Origin: Eledone cirrhosa
Lineage: Eukaryota
NCBI GenBank assembly: GCA_964016885.1
Contig: OZ024764.1
Location: forward strand, 1,240,001 to 1,304,000
DNA length: 64,000 nt
Direction of reading: 5' to 3'
The stretch's first letter is position 1; every line of letters starts with the position of its first letter. A program made the position numbers and the translations under genes. Under the pieces are notes generated by a model, which saw only the letters and a list, made by a program, of their open reading frames with translations, searched no databases and was not told the origin of the DNA. Of the stretch, positions 40,326 through 54,665 are shown one piece after another.

Positions 40326-40559
40326 CTTGTTGCCCCTCCTAACACCAACCACATTTACAGTGTGGAACTGGATGGCTCCGTTATGAGGCTGACGGGGCAG
40401 TTGGCCGCGCTGAACCTGTCACACAATGAAACCATGTTTTTGGAGCCTGACCCATCACACAGTGGGACCTTAGTTTTGGGGCCCGGTACTGGATGGGTCC
40501 AACACGAGGAGCCTAACCCATCTCGTGTCAAGGACATAACCTCTCTAGTGTGCTTGAAT
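40326..40559 (+). CDS. CENP-Q-like gene, putative exon 5 (5' part SINE-derived)
   Basis: ttttacag|CTT...AAT|gtgagg, 78 open codons, phase 0/0. Confidence 0.45.
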
Positions 40560-40611
40560 GTGAGGCTGTATATAAGTGAGGTACCAACCTCTCGACGTGT
40601 CTGGGAGGTCA

Positions 40612-41942
40612 GTGGCCCTGCTTCAGTACTGACTTAGTCTATGTTGACCTGTCGAGGCCCTGCTTGGTCTACATTGACCTGTCCAGGCCCTGCTTGGTCT
40701 ATGTTGACCTGTCCAGACCTTGCTTCAGTACTGACCTGGTCTATGTTGACCTATCCAGGCCTTGCTTCAGTACTGACCTGGTCTATGTTGATCCGTTCAG
40801 GCCCTACTTCATTACTGACCTGGTCTCTGTTGACCAGTCCAGGCCCTACTTCAGTACTGACCTGGTCTATGTTGACCAGTCCAGACCCTACTTCAGTACT
40901 GACCTGGTCTGTTGCCCAGTCCAGGCCCTACTTCAGTACTGACCTGGTCTATGTTGACTTGTCCAGGCCTTGCCTCAGTACTGACCTGGTCTATGTTGAC
41001 CTGTCCAGGCCTTGCTTCAGTACTGACCTGGTCTATGTTGACCTGTCCAGGCCTTGCTTCAGTACTGACCTGGTCTATGTTGACCCGTTCAGGCCTTGCT
41101 TCAGTACTGACCTGGTCTCTGTTGACCTGTCCAAACGCTACTTCAGTACTGACTTGGTCTATGTTGACCCGTTCAGGCCTTGCTTCAGTACTGACCTGGT
41201 CTATGTTGACCAGTCCAGGCCCTTCTTCAGTACTGACCTGGTCTATGTTGACCAGTCCAGACCCTACTTCAGTACTGACCTGGTCTATGTTGACCCGTTC
41301 AGGCCTTGCTTCAGTACTGACCTGGTCTATGTTGACCCGTTCAGTACTGACCTGGTCTATGTTGACCTGTCCAGGCCTTGCCTCAGTACTGACCTGGTCT
41401 ATGTTGACCTGTCCAGGCCTTGCTTCAGTACTGACCTGGTCTATGTTGACCTGTCCAGGCCCTGCTTCAGTACTGACCTGGTCTATGTTGACCCGTTCAG
41501 GCCTTGCTTCAGTACTGACCTGGTCTATGTTGACCTGTCCAGGCCTTGCTTCAGTACTGACCTGGTCTATGTTGACCAGTCCAGACCCTACTTCAGTACT
41601 GACCTGGTCTATGTTGACCCGTTCAGGCCTTGCTTCAGTACTGACCTGGTCTATGTTGACCTGTCCAGGCCTTGCTTCAGTACTGACCTGGTCTCTGTTG
41701 ACCCGTTCAGGCCTTGCTTCAGTACTGACCTGGTCTATGTTGACCTGTCCAGACCCTACTTCAGTACTGACCTGGTCTATGTTGACCTGTCCAGACCCTA
41801 CTTCAGTACTGACCTGTCCAGACCCTACTTCAGTACTGACCTGGTCTATGTTGACCTGTCCAGACCCTACTTCAGTAATGACCTGGTCTCTGTTGACCTG
41901 TCCAGGCCTTGCTTCAGTAATGACCTGGTCTATGTTGACCTT
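40612..41942. repeat. 42 bp tandem array (~31 copies)
   Basis: cagtactgacctggtctatgttgacctgtccaggccttgctt. Confidence 0.95.
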
Positions 41943-42013
41943 GCTAGGGAAAGCATACATTAAGACAACAAACGATGATGATGTAAGCGCAGTGTTCCGT
42001 TTTATCTTTCCAG

Positions 42014-42148
42014 GTGAACTTCAGTAATATTATCCAGGAGTTCGACGATAGAATTGAAACCCTTAACAACGCCATTGATGAGGAAGATGACAAAATCGCA
42101 AATATGAAACAAAAGCTGAGAAGTTTGACAGCTTCCAAGAAATGGTAG
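42014..42148 (+). CDS. CENP-Q-like gene, exon 6 (coiled coil; probable last coding exon)
   Basis: tctttccag|VNFSNIIQEFDDRIETLNNAIDEEDDKIANMKQKLRSLTASKKW* resembles recalled CENP-Q NIQSLKNKIQILASEVEEEEERVKQM. Confidence 0.7.
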   Translation: MNFSNIIQEFDDRIETLNNAIDEEDDKIANMKQKLRSLTASKKW

Positions 42149-42399
42149 TTGTTGCCTCTCTCTTTGTCTCTGTCGGCGAAGAAAAGACAGAACAGCTGAC
42201 AACTTTATCGTCTTACAGGAAATCGTAATTATTGTCATCATCATCATCGCTGTCTCCCTCCATCCTTCTCTGTTTGGTCTGTGTGACAGTCATTCTTGTT
42301 TTATACATGTCAACTTTCCACGTTGGCATGGATCGGACATTAACATCACATATTTAGGTATGGTTTCTATATCTGGATACCCTTCCTTACTTTTAACTC

Positions 42400-42930
42400 T
42401 TTAGCATTTACAATATATAGAGTAATGTAAATGTTATGCGAGATATTATGTGAGGTAAAGCCTTTACTGTGACAATACAATAGTATATATAGAGTAATGT
42501 AAATGTTATGTGAGGTAAAGCCTTTACTGTGAAAATACAATAGTGTATATAGAGTAATGTAAATGTTATGTGAGGTAAAGCCTTTACTGTGAAAATACAA
42601 TAGTGTAAATATTATGTGAGGTAAAGCCTTTACTGTGAAAATACAATAGTGTATATAGAGTAATGTAAATATTATGTGAGATATTATGTGAGGTAAAGAC
42701 TTTACTGTGAAAATACAATAGTATATATAGAGTAATGTAAATGTTATGTGAGGTAAAGCCTTTACTGTGACAATACAATAGTATATATAGAGTAATGTAA
42801 ATGTTATGTGAGATATTATGTGAGGTAAAGACTTTACTGTGACAATACAATAGTATATATAGAGTAATGTAAATGTTATGTGAGATATGTGAGGTAAAGA
42901 CTTTACTGTGAAAATATAATAGTATATATA
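42400..42930. repeat. 60-73 bp tandem array from a piggyBac-type MITE interior
   Basis: gtgaggtaaagcctttactgtgaaaatacaatagtatatatagagtaatgtaaat; same unit at 51835-52590 and 57780-58010. Confidence 0.85.
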
Positions 42931-43789
42931 ATTGTTTATATATTTGGCACAAGGCCACCAATTATCCTAGTGTATTACTGGTACTTTATTTTATCGACCC
43001 CGTAAGGATGAAAGGCAAAGTTAATAATGTAAGTTAATATCTTTGTAATGAAATTAATAATTTTAGTAAATCCCTCAAAATTCTTCATTAATTAAAATAG
43101 TGTATTTCATTCAACATGTGGTCATGAAAGGGTTTGACTAACCGCTGTTTATTTGCTTACATCCCTGGGGGAACTTTACCTGATCTTATTGTTATATGTT
43201 TGGGCAACTACATTTCAAATTTCTTTTTTTATATATATATATTTTTGGTTTTACAAAAATTATAAATTCTTCCTCATTGCTAAAAAGATAATTAATGAAA
43301 TAAAAAAAATTAAAAAAAGATTTAATTTTATATAAATTTTGAGTTTGTGTGTTTCCTGTGTTTAAACTTTAACCCTTTAGCATTTAATCCGGCCATTATC
43401 TGGCCAGAATTCTCTCACCTCTTTCTCTTCACGCCAGCCGTAATCAGTTGCTGATACTTATGTTAAGGTATTGTTCTGAAAATAAATAATATCAAAATCT
43501 TGTAGATTTGATATGAGATAAAGTGTTTACCACGAAAATACAATAGTATATATAATTGTTTCTACTTTTGGCACAAGGCCAGCAATTATCCCAGTGTATT
43601 ACTGGGACTTTATTTTATCAACCCTGTAAGGATGAAAGGCAAAGTTAACCTCGGTGGGATTTGAACTCCTCATAAAGGGGCGTAACTCTATGCTGCAAAG
43701 CATGGCGTCCGACCTACCGATACTGCCAATCCACCACCGATTATATATACAATAGTATATATAGAGTTAATGTAACTGAACGATTTGAT

Positions 43790-46030
43790 CACAGCTGAGC
43801 TGCAATCAGATTTGGTGAATCAAGGTTGACCTAGGATCAATGCAACAACTTGAAAGTTAGATCTGGTAGATCAAGGTTGATCTAGGATCAATTAAAGCAA
43901 GATCTTGATTGAGCTGGGATCTATACAACAACACAAAATGTAGATCAGGGTTGAGCAAGCATGTGTACAGCAACATGAAAGCATGATCAAGGTTGAGTTG
44001 GTATCTATACAGCAACACAAAATGTAGATCAGGGTTGAGCTGGGATCTGTACAGCAACATGAAAGCCAGATCAAGGTTGACCTGGTATCTTTACAGTAAC
44101 ATGAAAGCATGATCAGGACTGAGCTGAGATCTATTCAGTAACGTGAAAGCCAGGGTTGGGACCTATTCAGCAACACAAAAGGCAGATCAGGGTTAAGCTG
44201 GCATCTGTACATCATCATTATTGCTGTTTAACATCCACCTTCCACGCTAGCTTGAGTTAGACTAGCTAACCCATTGTATAGTGGATGTGTAAAGGATACG
44301 GCAAAAAGCACCCAGCACACATTGTAAATGTGGTTAGTGTTAGGAAGGGCATCTATCCATAGAAAACCAGTCAGATACACCTCTATATGAGCGAGACACA
44401 GTCACCCGACCCAACTTGTCTCTAAATGGGACCTGCTAGCGTGGAAGATAAACATTAATTGATAATGATGATGATCGACCTGGTATCTATACAGTAACAT
44501 GAAGACCAGATCTGGTTGATCTGGACTGAGCTGAGATCTATTCAGTAATATGAAAGCCAGGGTTGAGACCTATTCAGCAACACAAAGGGCAAATCAGGGT
44601 TAAGCTGGCATCTGTACATCATCATTATCGCCATTTAACATCCACCTTCCACGAGTTAAACTAGCTCACCCATTGTACAGTAAAATGAAAACCAGATCTT
44701 GCTGATCTGGACTGAGATCTATTCGGTAACATGAAAGTCAGAACTGGGATCTATACAGGAATATAAAAACCAGATCTGGTGGATCAAGATTTTGTTGGGA
44801 TCTATCTATATAGCAACATGAAATCTAGATTTAGTAGATCTGGACTCAGCTGAGATCTATAAAGTATCATGAAAGCCACATCTGGTAGTCAAGGCAGCTG
44901 AGATTTATATAGTAACATGATATCCAGATTTGGACTGAGCAGAGATTTATACAGCAACATAAAACTAGATCTGGTGGATCAAGGTTGAGCTGGCATCTAT
45001 CATCAACTTTATGTCTGTTTTTCCATGCTTACGTGGGTTGGACAGGTCCTTTTCAAAGCAGTATCTCTCCACTCGTCATGCCACTGTCATCACTGTCTCC
45101 ACGATCTGAGATCAGCTCTCATCAGGTCTTCCTTGGTCTACCTCTACTGCAGCTTCCTTCCACAGGAATTTCCTGGCACTTCTTCATCCAGGAATCATCA
45201 TCCATGCACATCACATGTCCATACCAACACAGTCTTTGGTACACACCACATCAATTCAGATGATTCCTCTTAAACCCAGTTTCGCTCTCAGTTTATCTGA
45301 CTTTCTCTTACATTTACATTGCATATCCAACAAAGCATGGTTACTTCATTTCTCTCCATAGACTGAGCTGGGATCTATACAGCAACACAAAAGCCAGATA
45401 TGGGAGATCTGTACGGTAACATAAAAGGCGGATCAAACCAACTGGAATCTATACACAAAGGCCAAATTTCAGAGACCAGGGCTGAGCTGAGATCAGTGCA
45501 ATAACATGAAAGTTGGATCAAGGCAGTTGGGATCTATGCAGCAACACAAAAGCCAAATTTGGCAGATCAGGACTGAGTTCGTTTCTGTATGGTAATGTGA
45601 AAGCTGGATCAAGACAGCTGGGATCTATACAAAAAACCAAAAAAAGACAGATTTGGCAGATCATGGCTGAGCAGAGATCTGTACAGTAATGAAAGCTGGA
45701 TCAAATCAGCTGGGATCTATACAAGAACACAAAAGTCAGATCAAGGTGGAGCTGGGATCTGTACAATAACATAAAAGCCAAATTTCACCGATCAGGGCTG
45801 AGCTGCGATCTGTAAAATATCATGAAAGCTGGATCAAATCAGTTGGAATCTATAAAACACAAAAGCCAGATTTTGGCAGATCAGGGCTGAGCTAGGAATG
45901 CTGGATCAAATCAAGTTTGAGCTGAGATCTGTACAGTAACATAAAAGCTGGATCAAGAGAGCTGGGATCTATACAATAAGACAAAGGCCAGATTTGACAG
46001 ATCAGGGATGAACTGCGATCTATATCCATA
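43790..46030. repeat. Old degenerate ~45-50 bp array interrupted by SINE and RTE fragments
   Basis: gagctgggatctatacagcaacacaaaagccagatc variants; RTE fragment at ~45110-45360 (minus). Confidence 0.7.
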
Positions 46031-47266
46031 TATGGTACTCGACACACACAGAATAATATAAATACTGAAAAACAGATTTTTTTTTTGTTGTTATTTTTTT
46101 TTTGTATTTTCGTCTTTGTTATTATTATTATTATTATTATTTTTACAATGTTCAATAAATGTCCTTTTGTGTGTTGTTCTTGAATTCCAGCCATGGCTGT
46201 CCCCATGGAATAACATCACCACAAGTTGTCGTCCCCCACCACCCCTAAAAAAAAGCGGATACACCATCATCATCATCATTATCATAATGAGGTGTCTGAG
46301 CGCAAACTTGCTAAATAAATATTTAAAAAAAAATTTTTTTTTAAAAATCACACCTTCGCCACCGTCATCAACAATGTCACCACCTCCTCTACACCAACAC
46401 CGCCACCATCACCACCGCCACCTCCACTACTGCTTTAATCTTTCAGCTGCCTGCAGTCTATGTCTCTCCTGGGGGCGGTGGTAATGGTGGTCACAGTGCA
46501 GTGAAGAAATATATACACTCACACACACATATATATATACACACACACACACACATATATATACACTCACACATATATACACACACACACACATATATAT
46601 ACACACAGACATATATATACACACACACACATATATATATACACACACACCCACACACACATATATATACACACAGACATATATATACAGACACAAACAT
46701 ATATATACATACACACACATATACATACATATATATGTACACTCACACACATATATATATATATATACACATATATATATATATACATATATATATATAC
46801 ACATATATATACACATATATATATATACACATACATATATATATACACATATATATATACACATACATATATATATACACATATATATATATGTACATGC
46901 ATTTATATATACACATATACATACATATATTATCATCATCATCATCATCGTTTAACGTCCATCTTCCACGCTTGCATATATATATATACACACACATCCA
47001 AATACACATATATAAACACACACATATATATATATATACATATATATAAACACACATATATATATACATATATATAAACACACATATATATATATATACA
47101 TATATATAAACACACACATATATATATATAAACACATATATACATATATAAACACACACACACATATATATATATATAAACACACACATATATATATATA
47201 TATACATATATAAACACACACATGTATATACATATACAAACACACATATATACATATATAAACACG

Positions 47267-47303
<37 letters not shown>

Positions 47304-47309
47304 ACGCAC

Positions 47310-47342
<33 letters not shown>

Positions 47343-47939
47343 AACACGCACATATATATATATATATACATATATATACACATATATATAAACACACATA
47401 TATAAACACACACACACATATATATATATAAATATCCAGTGTACCCCAGGACATTCGCAGTCCCAGTTATTCACAGAATTTTCCTAAGAACCTAACCAAT
47501 AATTGTTTGTGGAAACCACCAAATATTCATGGAGTTGTAAATATCTTCCGTTGATCTTTTATGGCTTTTTTCGTGGCAATATATATTTAACACTAAATTC
47601 TCAACAACAATATACTGTATTTGCTGGCCTATTGGACGCCCCTTCGTATAAGACTCTCCCTATTTTTTTAAAATTATATTTTATGTTATATTTTGACGTT
47701 TATAGGCATTTTTATGGACCACGTCCAATATTTGTGATTTTTCACTCTTTGTGGGTGTTCTGGGAACATAACTCCTGCAAATACTGGGGACAACTGTGTG
47801 TATATATATATACACACATACATATATATATACATACATATATATACACATATATACACATACATATATATACACACATATACACATACATATATATACA
47901 CACATATACACATACATATATATATACACATACATATAT

Positions 47940-48271
47940 ATCATTTCATTTTACGTCCACTTTTCCCTGCTTGCAAGGGTGGGACGGGAACTGATTCTGG
48001 CTTGATTTCTACAGCTGGATGCCCTTCCTAACACCAACCTCATTTACAGTGAGTGCTGGGTGCTTTTTTGCCGTGGCACCTCCACGACCACTTTGCAGTG
48101 GAATGATAGGGATCCCAGTCCCTATCATCTCATTTCTACAGCTGAGTAAACTGGAGCAATGTGAAATAAAGTGTCTTGCTCAAGGAAACAACACATCACC
48201 TGGTCTGAGAATTGAACTCACAACCTTTCGATTGCAAGGCCAATGCTCTAACCACTAAGCCATGTGCCTCC
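47940..48271 (-). mobile_element. Full-length SINE family A
   Basis: Reverse complement of the 38756 copy. Confidence 0.9.
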
Positions 48272-48692
48272 ATATGCGTTATGTCCTTGAGCAAGACACT
48301 TTATTTCACGTTGCTCCTTCTACCTGGAGTTGTGACCGATAGATAGTATTAGCAATTGGAAAGACCAACGGAAACATTGTTTCCTCGGTCCGATTTGACA
48401 AAAGTCGATCGTTCCTTAGATATATATATATAGATATACACACAACATACTCATATGTACATATATATATATGACTGTTTTTAAAATGTCTAACTACTGT
48501 GAATACCGGGGTACAACTGTGTGTGTATATATATATAGAGAGAGAGAGAGAGAGGTAGAACACTGGAAGGTAATATCCGTAGTGGTAGAGCACTCAGTCC
48601 ATGGGATGAGTTTGGTAGAAGTGGTAACACAACAGTTAGTTCACCATACCGAGAACAATTGTTTCACCTGTTCCGTACAACCATGACCATTA

Positions 48693-48730
48693 CGAGCTGA
48701 AGATCCGCTAAGGTGAAACAATTGTTCTCG
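48693..48730 (+). ncRNA. Minimal type I hammerhead ribozyme motif
   Basis: CGAG-CTGAAGA-TCCgctaaGGT-GAAA-CAATTGT-T-CTCG; palindromic stem III; inverted truncated copy at 48617-48669. Confidence 0.75.
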
Positions 48731-48963
48731 GTATGGTGAACTAACTGTTGTGTAACCACTTCTCTCTCTCTATATATATTATATATATATATGTGTGTGT
48801 GTATGTGCGTGTGTGTGTGTGTGTTTGTAAGACAGAGCAAGAAGACAAAAGAAGAAGAAGACAGAGAAAGACGACAGAGTAAGATGGCAGATGGTGGCTG
48901 AGGCTTAGATTTCAGATCTCACACTAGCAAAACTGTCTGTCTGTTTGTCTTGGGAGTGTTTAA

Positions 48964-49152
48964 CCCTTTAGCATTTAAACTGGCTGCATCCGGCCAGAAT
49001 TCTCTCACCTCTTTCTGTTGAAACCGGCTGTAACCGGCCGCTCATACTGATGTTAAGGTATTGCTCTCAAAATAAATAATATCAAAATCTCATAGATTCG
49101 ATATTATGTGAAAATACAACAGTAAATATAGAGTAATGTAAATGCTAAAGGG
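48964..49152. mobile_element. piggyBac-type MITE
   Basis: TTAA|CCCTTTAGCATTT...AAATGCTAAAGGG|TTAA. Confidence 0.8.
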
Positions 49153-49199
49153 TTAAGTTGCAATCAACTGTTTTTTTTTTTTTAAGTTTTTTTACACTT

Positions 49200-49560
49200 T
49201 CCAATTACTGGAGGGTTGTAGGTTGGCCATGCTGGAGCACTAACAAAACTGTCTGTCTGTTCACCCTGGAGTGTTTAAGTTGTAATCAACAGTTTTTTTT
49301 ACATATTCCATTTACTGGAGACTTGTAGGTTGGCCATACTGGAGCACTAGCAAAACTGTCTGTCTGTTCACCCTGGAGTGTTTAAGTTGTAATCAACAGT
49401 TTTTTTTACATATTCCAATTACTGGAAGGTTGTAGGTTGGCCATGCTGGAGCACTAGCAAAACTGTCTGTCTGTTCACCCTGGAGTGTTTAAGTTGAAAC
49501 CAATTGTTTTTTTTTTTCACCTACTCCAATTGTTGGAGGGTTGTACGATGGCCATGCTGT
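49200..49560. repeat. ~108 bp tandem x3-4
   Basis: ggccatgctggagcactagcaaaactgtctgtctgttcaccctggagtg repeated. Confidence 0.85.
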
Positions 49561-50795
49561 AGCAACGGCTTCGAAGCTTTCTTTATCAGTCTTTCTTTCT
49601 TTGTATTCTGTGTATGTAAGGGTCTTTTCTTCTTCATATATTTTGATAGATTTTCAGAACTGATTTTGAGTTAAATTTTAGAATGAGAGGGGCAAATAGC
49701 TCACCTGGTATTAGATAAATATATACACATACACTTATATACACTTATATATACACATACACATATATATACACATACATATTTATATATATACATTTGT
49801 GTGATTATATATATGCACATGTATGTATATATATAAACATACAAACATGTATGTATATATATATATGTATGAATATATACATACATACATGTATGTATGT
49901 ATGTATGTAAATATAAACATATGCATACACACATATATATATATATATTATATAGATAGATAGATATACATATATATTTACATACATATATACATATATA
50001 TATATACAAACATATATATTTACATACATATATACATATAGATAGATATACATACATATATATACAAACATATATATTTACATACATATATACATATAGA
50101 TAGATATACATACATATATATACAAACATATATATTTACATACATATATACATATAGATAGATATACATACATATATATACAAACATATATATTTACATA
50201 CATATATACATATAGATAGATATACATACATATATATACAAACATATATATTTACATACATATATACATATAGATAGATATACATATATATATATACAAA
50301 CATATATTTACATACATATATACATATAGATATATATACAAACATATATACATATAGATAGATATACATACATATATATACAAACATATATATTTACATA
50401 CATATATACATATAGATAGATATACATACATATATATACAAACATATATATTTACATACATATATACATATAGATAGATATACATATATATATATACAAA
50501 CATATATATTTACATACATATATACATATAGATAGATATACATACATATATATACAAACATATATATTTACATACATATATACATATAGATAGATATACA
50601 TACATATATATACAAACATATATATTTACATACATATATACATATAGATAGATATACATACATATATACATATAGATAGATATACATACATATATATACA
50701 AACATATATATTTACATACATATATACATATAGATAGATATACATACATATCACACTACACCACATCACCCGTCAGCCATCTATACCACCAACAC

Positions 50796-50827
<32 letters not shown>

Positions 50828-50919
50828 ATATATATGTATATATATAGATATGTACACACACATTTGATGAAGACCTTGAAGTTTGAGATGTGCGGAAGGG
50901 GGTGATAACAATGGATTGA

Positions 50920-51385
50920 GGCAGAGAGGGGGAGTGAGAGAGAAATGGTGATGGAGAGAGGGAGAAAGATAGAGAGAGAGAGAGAAAAGGAAAGAGAGGA
51001 GAGAGAGATAGGAAGAGAGAAAGATAGAGAGAGGAGAGAAAGATAGAGAGAGAGGAGAGAAAGAGGGAGAGAGGAGAGAAAGAGGGTAAGAGAAATGAGA
51101 GAGAGAGAAAAGGAAAGAGAGGAGAGAGAGATAGGAAGAGAGAAAGATAGAGAGGAGAGAGAGATAGGAAGAGAGAAAGATAGAGAGAGGAGAGAAAGAT
51201 AGAGAGAGAGGAGAGAAAGAGGGAGAGAGGAGAGAAAGAGGGTAAGAGAAATGAGAGAGAGAGAAAAGGAAAGAGAGGAGAGAGAGATAGGAAGAGAGAA
51301 AGATAGAGAGGAGAGAGAGATAGGAAGAGAGAAAGATAGAGAGAGGAGAGAAAGATAGAGAGAGAGGAGAGAAAGAGGGTAAGTG
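50920..51385. repeat. (GA)-rich purine tract with internal duplications
   Basis: Direct sequence. Confidence 0.9.
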
Positions 51386-51707
51386 AAGGGGGGGGGGGGT
51401 GCATGAAAAAACAATGAAGATGATAAGCAAGCAAGGGAGGGAGGGGGAAGTGATAAGAGGGGGGAGGGGGATCAGGGAGCTGAAAAATTGCGACATGGGT
51501 GGGAGAAGTGAGGGTTGGAGTGACCATCACATCGGTGGGGTGAAGATATCAAGTGTCATCTTTGCGGTGGGTTCCATGATGGCCAGCAGTGATGTCGAAT
51601 TTAAGGTGGGATAAATATGTCTTTGTATTTGTTAAGCCTGATGTGTCTATGGTTGAGATGATAGTGATGTGGGTCTCTACCAAATCCTTCCTCGCTGCGT
51701 TTCATAA

Positions 51708-52599
51708 CCCTTTAGCATTTATACCGGCCAGAATTCTCTCACATTTTTCTGTTTAAACCAGCTGTAACTGGCCACTCATACTGATGTTAAGGTATTGTTC
51801 TCAAAATAAATAACATCAAAATCTCATAGATTCGATATTATGTGAGATAAAAACTTTACCATGAAAATACAATAGTATATATAGAGTAATGTAAATGTTA
51901 TGTGAGGTAAAGCCTTTACTGTGAAAATACAATAGTATATATAGAGTAATGTAAATGATATGTGAGATATTATGTGAGGTAAAGCCTTTACTGTGAAAAT
52001 ACAATAGTATATATGGAGTAATGTAAATGTTATGTGAGATATTATGTGAGGTAAAGCCTTTACTGTGAAAATACAATAGTATATATGGAGTAATGTAAAT
52101 GTTATGTGAGATATTATGTGAGGTAAAAACTTTACCATGAAAATACAATAGTATATATAGAGTAATGTAAATGTTATGTGAGATATTATGTGAGATAAAA
52201 ACTTTACCATGAAAATACAATAGTATCAATAGAGTAATGTAAATGTTATGTGAGATATTATGTGAGGTAAAGCCTTTACCATGAAAATACAATAGTATAT
52301 ATAGAGTAATGTAAATGTTATGTGAGATATTATGTGAGATAAAAACTTTACCATGAAAATACAATAGTATATATAGAGTAATGTAAATGTTATGTGAGAT
52401 ATTATGAGAGGTAAAGCCTTTACTGTGAAAATACAATAGTATATATAGAGTAATGTAAATGTTGTGAGATATTATGTGAGGTAAAGCCTTTACTGTGAAA
52501 ATACAATAGTATATATAGAGTAATGTAAATGTTATGTGAGATAAAGCCTTTACTGTGACAATACAATAGTATATATAGAGTAATGTAAATGCTAAAGGG
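51708..52599. mobile_element. piggyBac-type MITE expanded by an internal tandem array
   Basis: Same termini as the 48964 element; interior ~73 bp unit amplified ~10 times. Confidence 0.8.
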
Positions 52600-53114
52600 T
52601 TAAAGCTGCTGTGTCTATGATTGAGATGATACTGTGATGTGTGTGACCACCCAACCCTTCCTCACTGCACTTCATAAGTGGCAACTAAACTGGTTTGGGT
52701 CAGTAATGAGGGCATTTGGCTGTATATATACAAAAAAAAAAATAATAATGGCTTTTACTATAGGCACAAGGCCAGAAATTTGGGGGGAGGCGAAAGTTGA
52801 TTAAATCAACCCCAGTACATTACTGGTACTTTATTTTATCGACCCTGTAAGGACGAAAGGCAAACTAATAATTAAAAGAGGAGAAAGCATTGCCTGACAC
52901 TATCCTGCCCAACCCATGCCAACATCGGAAAGGTGGGCGTAAAAACTATGATGATGATGATGATGATGATGAAGATGAAGATGATGATGAAGAGGTTGAG
53001 AGATAACAGCTGTTGTGGATTTGTGGGTGGGTGTCATGGAGGGAAAGGCAGAAACAAAGAAAAGAGAAGAATAACCATGTTCTATTTACAGCTTCCTCCT
53101 CTCCATTGAACAAA

Positions 53115-54665
53115 AAAGAAGCTGATCATCAGATCAGACTAAAGAAACAATGTCTCCATTGGTCTTTCCATTACAGATACTATTTGTCTGTCACTACTCC
53201 TGACAGAAGAAAGGAGCTGATCATCAGATCAGACCAAGGAAACAATGTTTCCATTGGTCTTTCCATTACTGATACTATCTGTCAGTCACAACTCCTGGCA
53301 GAAGAAAGGAGCTGATCATCAGATCAGACTAAAGAAACAATGTCTCCATTGGTCTTTCCATTACAGATACTATTTGTCTGTCACTACTCCTGACAGAAGA
53401 AAGGAGCTGATCATCAGATCAGACCAAGGAAACAATGTTTCCATTGGTCTTTCCATTACTGATACTATCTGTCAGTCACAACTCCTGGCAGAAGAAAGGA
53501 GCTGATCATCAGATCAGACCAAGGAAACAATGTCTCCATTGGTCTTTCCATTACTGATACTATCTGTCAGTAACAACTCCTAACAGAAGAAAGGAGCTGA
53601 TCATCAGATCAGACCAAGGAAACAATGTCTCCATTGGTCTTTCCATTACTGATACTATCTGTCAGTCACAACTCCTGGTAGAAGAAAAGAGCTGATCATC
53701 AGATCAGACCAAGGAAACAATGTCTCCATTGGTCTTTCCATTACTGATACTATCTGTCAGTCACAACTCCTGGTAGAAGAAAGGAGCTGATCATCAGATC
53801 AGACCAAGGAAACAATATCTCCATTGGTCTTTCCATTACTGATACTATCTGTCAGTCACAACTCCTGGCAGAAGAAAGGAGCTGATCATCAGATCAGACC
53901 AAGAAAACAATGTCTCCATTGGTCTTTCCATTACAGATACTATCTGTTGGTCACAACTCCTGGCAGAAGAAAGGAGCTGATCATCAGATCAGACCAAGGA
54001 AACAATGTCTCCATTGGTCTTTCCATTACAGATACTATCTGTTGGTCACAACTCCTGGCAGAAGAAAGGAGCTGATCATCAGATCAGACCAAGAAAACAA
54101 TGTCTCCATTGGTCTTTCCATTACTGATACTATCTGTCAGTCACAACTCCTGGCAGAAGAAAGGAGCTGATCATCAGATCAGACCAAGAAAACAATGTCT
54201 CCATTGGTCTTTCCATTACTGATACTATCTGTCAGTCACAACTCCTGACAGAAGAAAGGAGCTGATCATCAGATCAGACCAAGGAAACAATGTCTCCATT
54301 GGTCTTTCCATTACTGATACTATCTGTCAGTCACAACTCCTGACAGAAGAAAGGAGCTGATCATCAGATCAGACCAAGAAAACAATGTCTCCATTGGTCT
54401 TTCCATTACTGATACTATCTGTCAGTCACAACTCCTGACAGAAGAAAGGAGCTGATCATCAGATCAGACCAAGAAAACAATGTCTCCATTGGTCTTTCCA
54501 TTACAGATACTATCTGTCAGTCACAACTCCTGGCAGAAGAAAGGAGCTGATCATCAGATCAGACCAAGGAAACAATGTCTCCATTGGTCTTTCCATTACT
54601 GATACTATCTGTCTGTCACAACTCCTGGCAGAAGAAAGGAGCTGATCATCAGATCAGACTAAGGA
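53115..54665. repeat. 95 bp tandem array (~16 copies)
   Basis: gctgatcatcagatcagac at 53121, 53216, 53311 and onward. Confidence 0.95.

Noticed and set aside
40641-42027. 350-440 aa repeat-protein ORFs
   Set aside because: 42 bp array open on both strands and lying between predicted exons 5 and 6
53091-53125. Possible extra terminal exon of the CENP-Q-like gene
   Set aside because: Only ~11 codons before a stop, runs into the 95 bp array and has no recognisable homology
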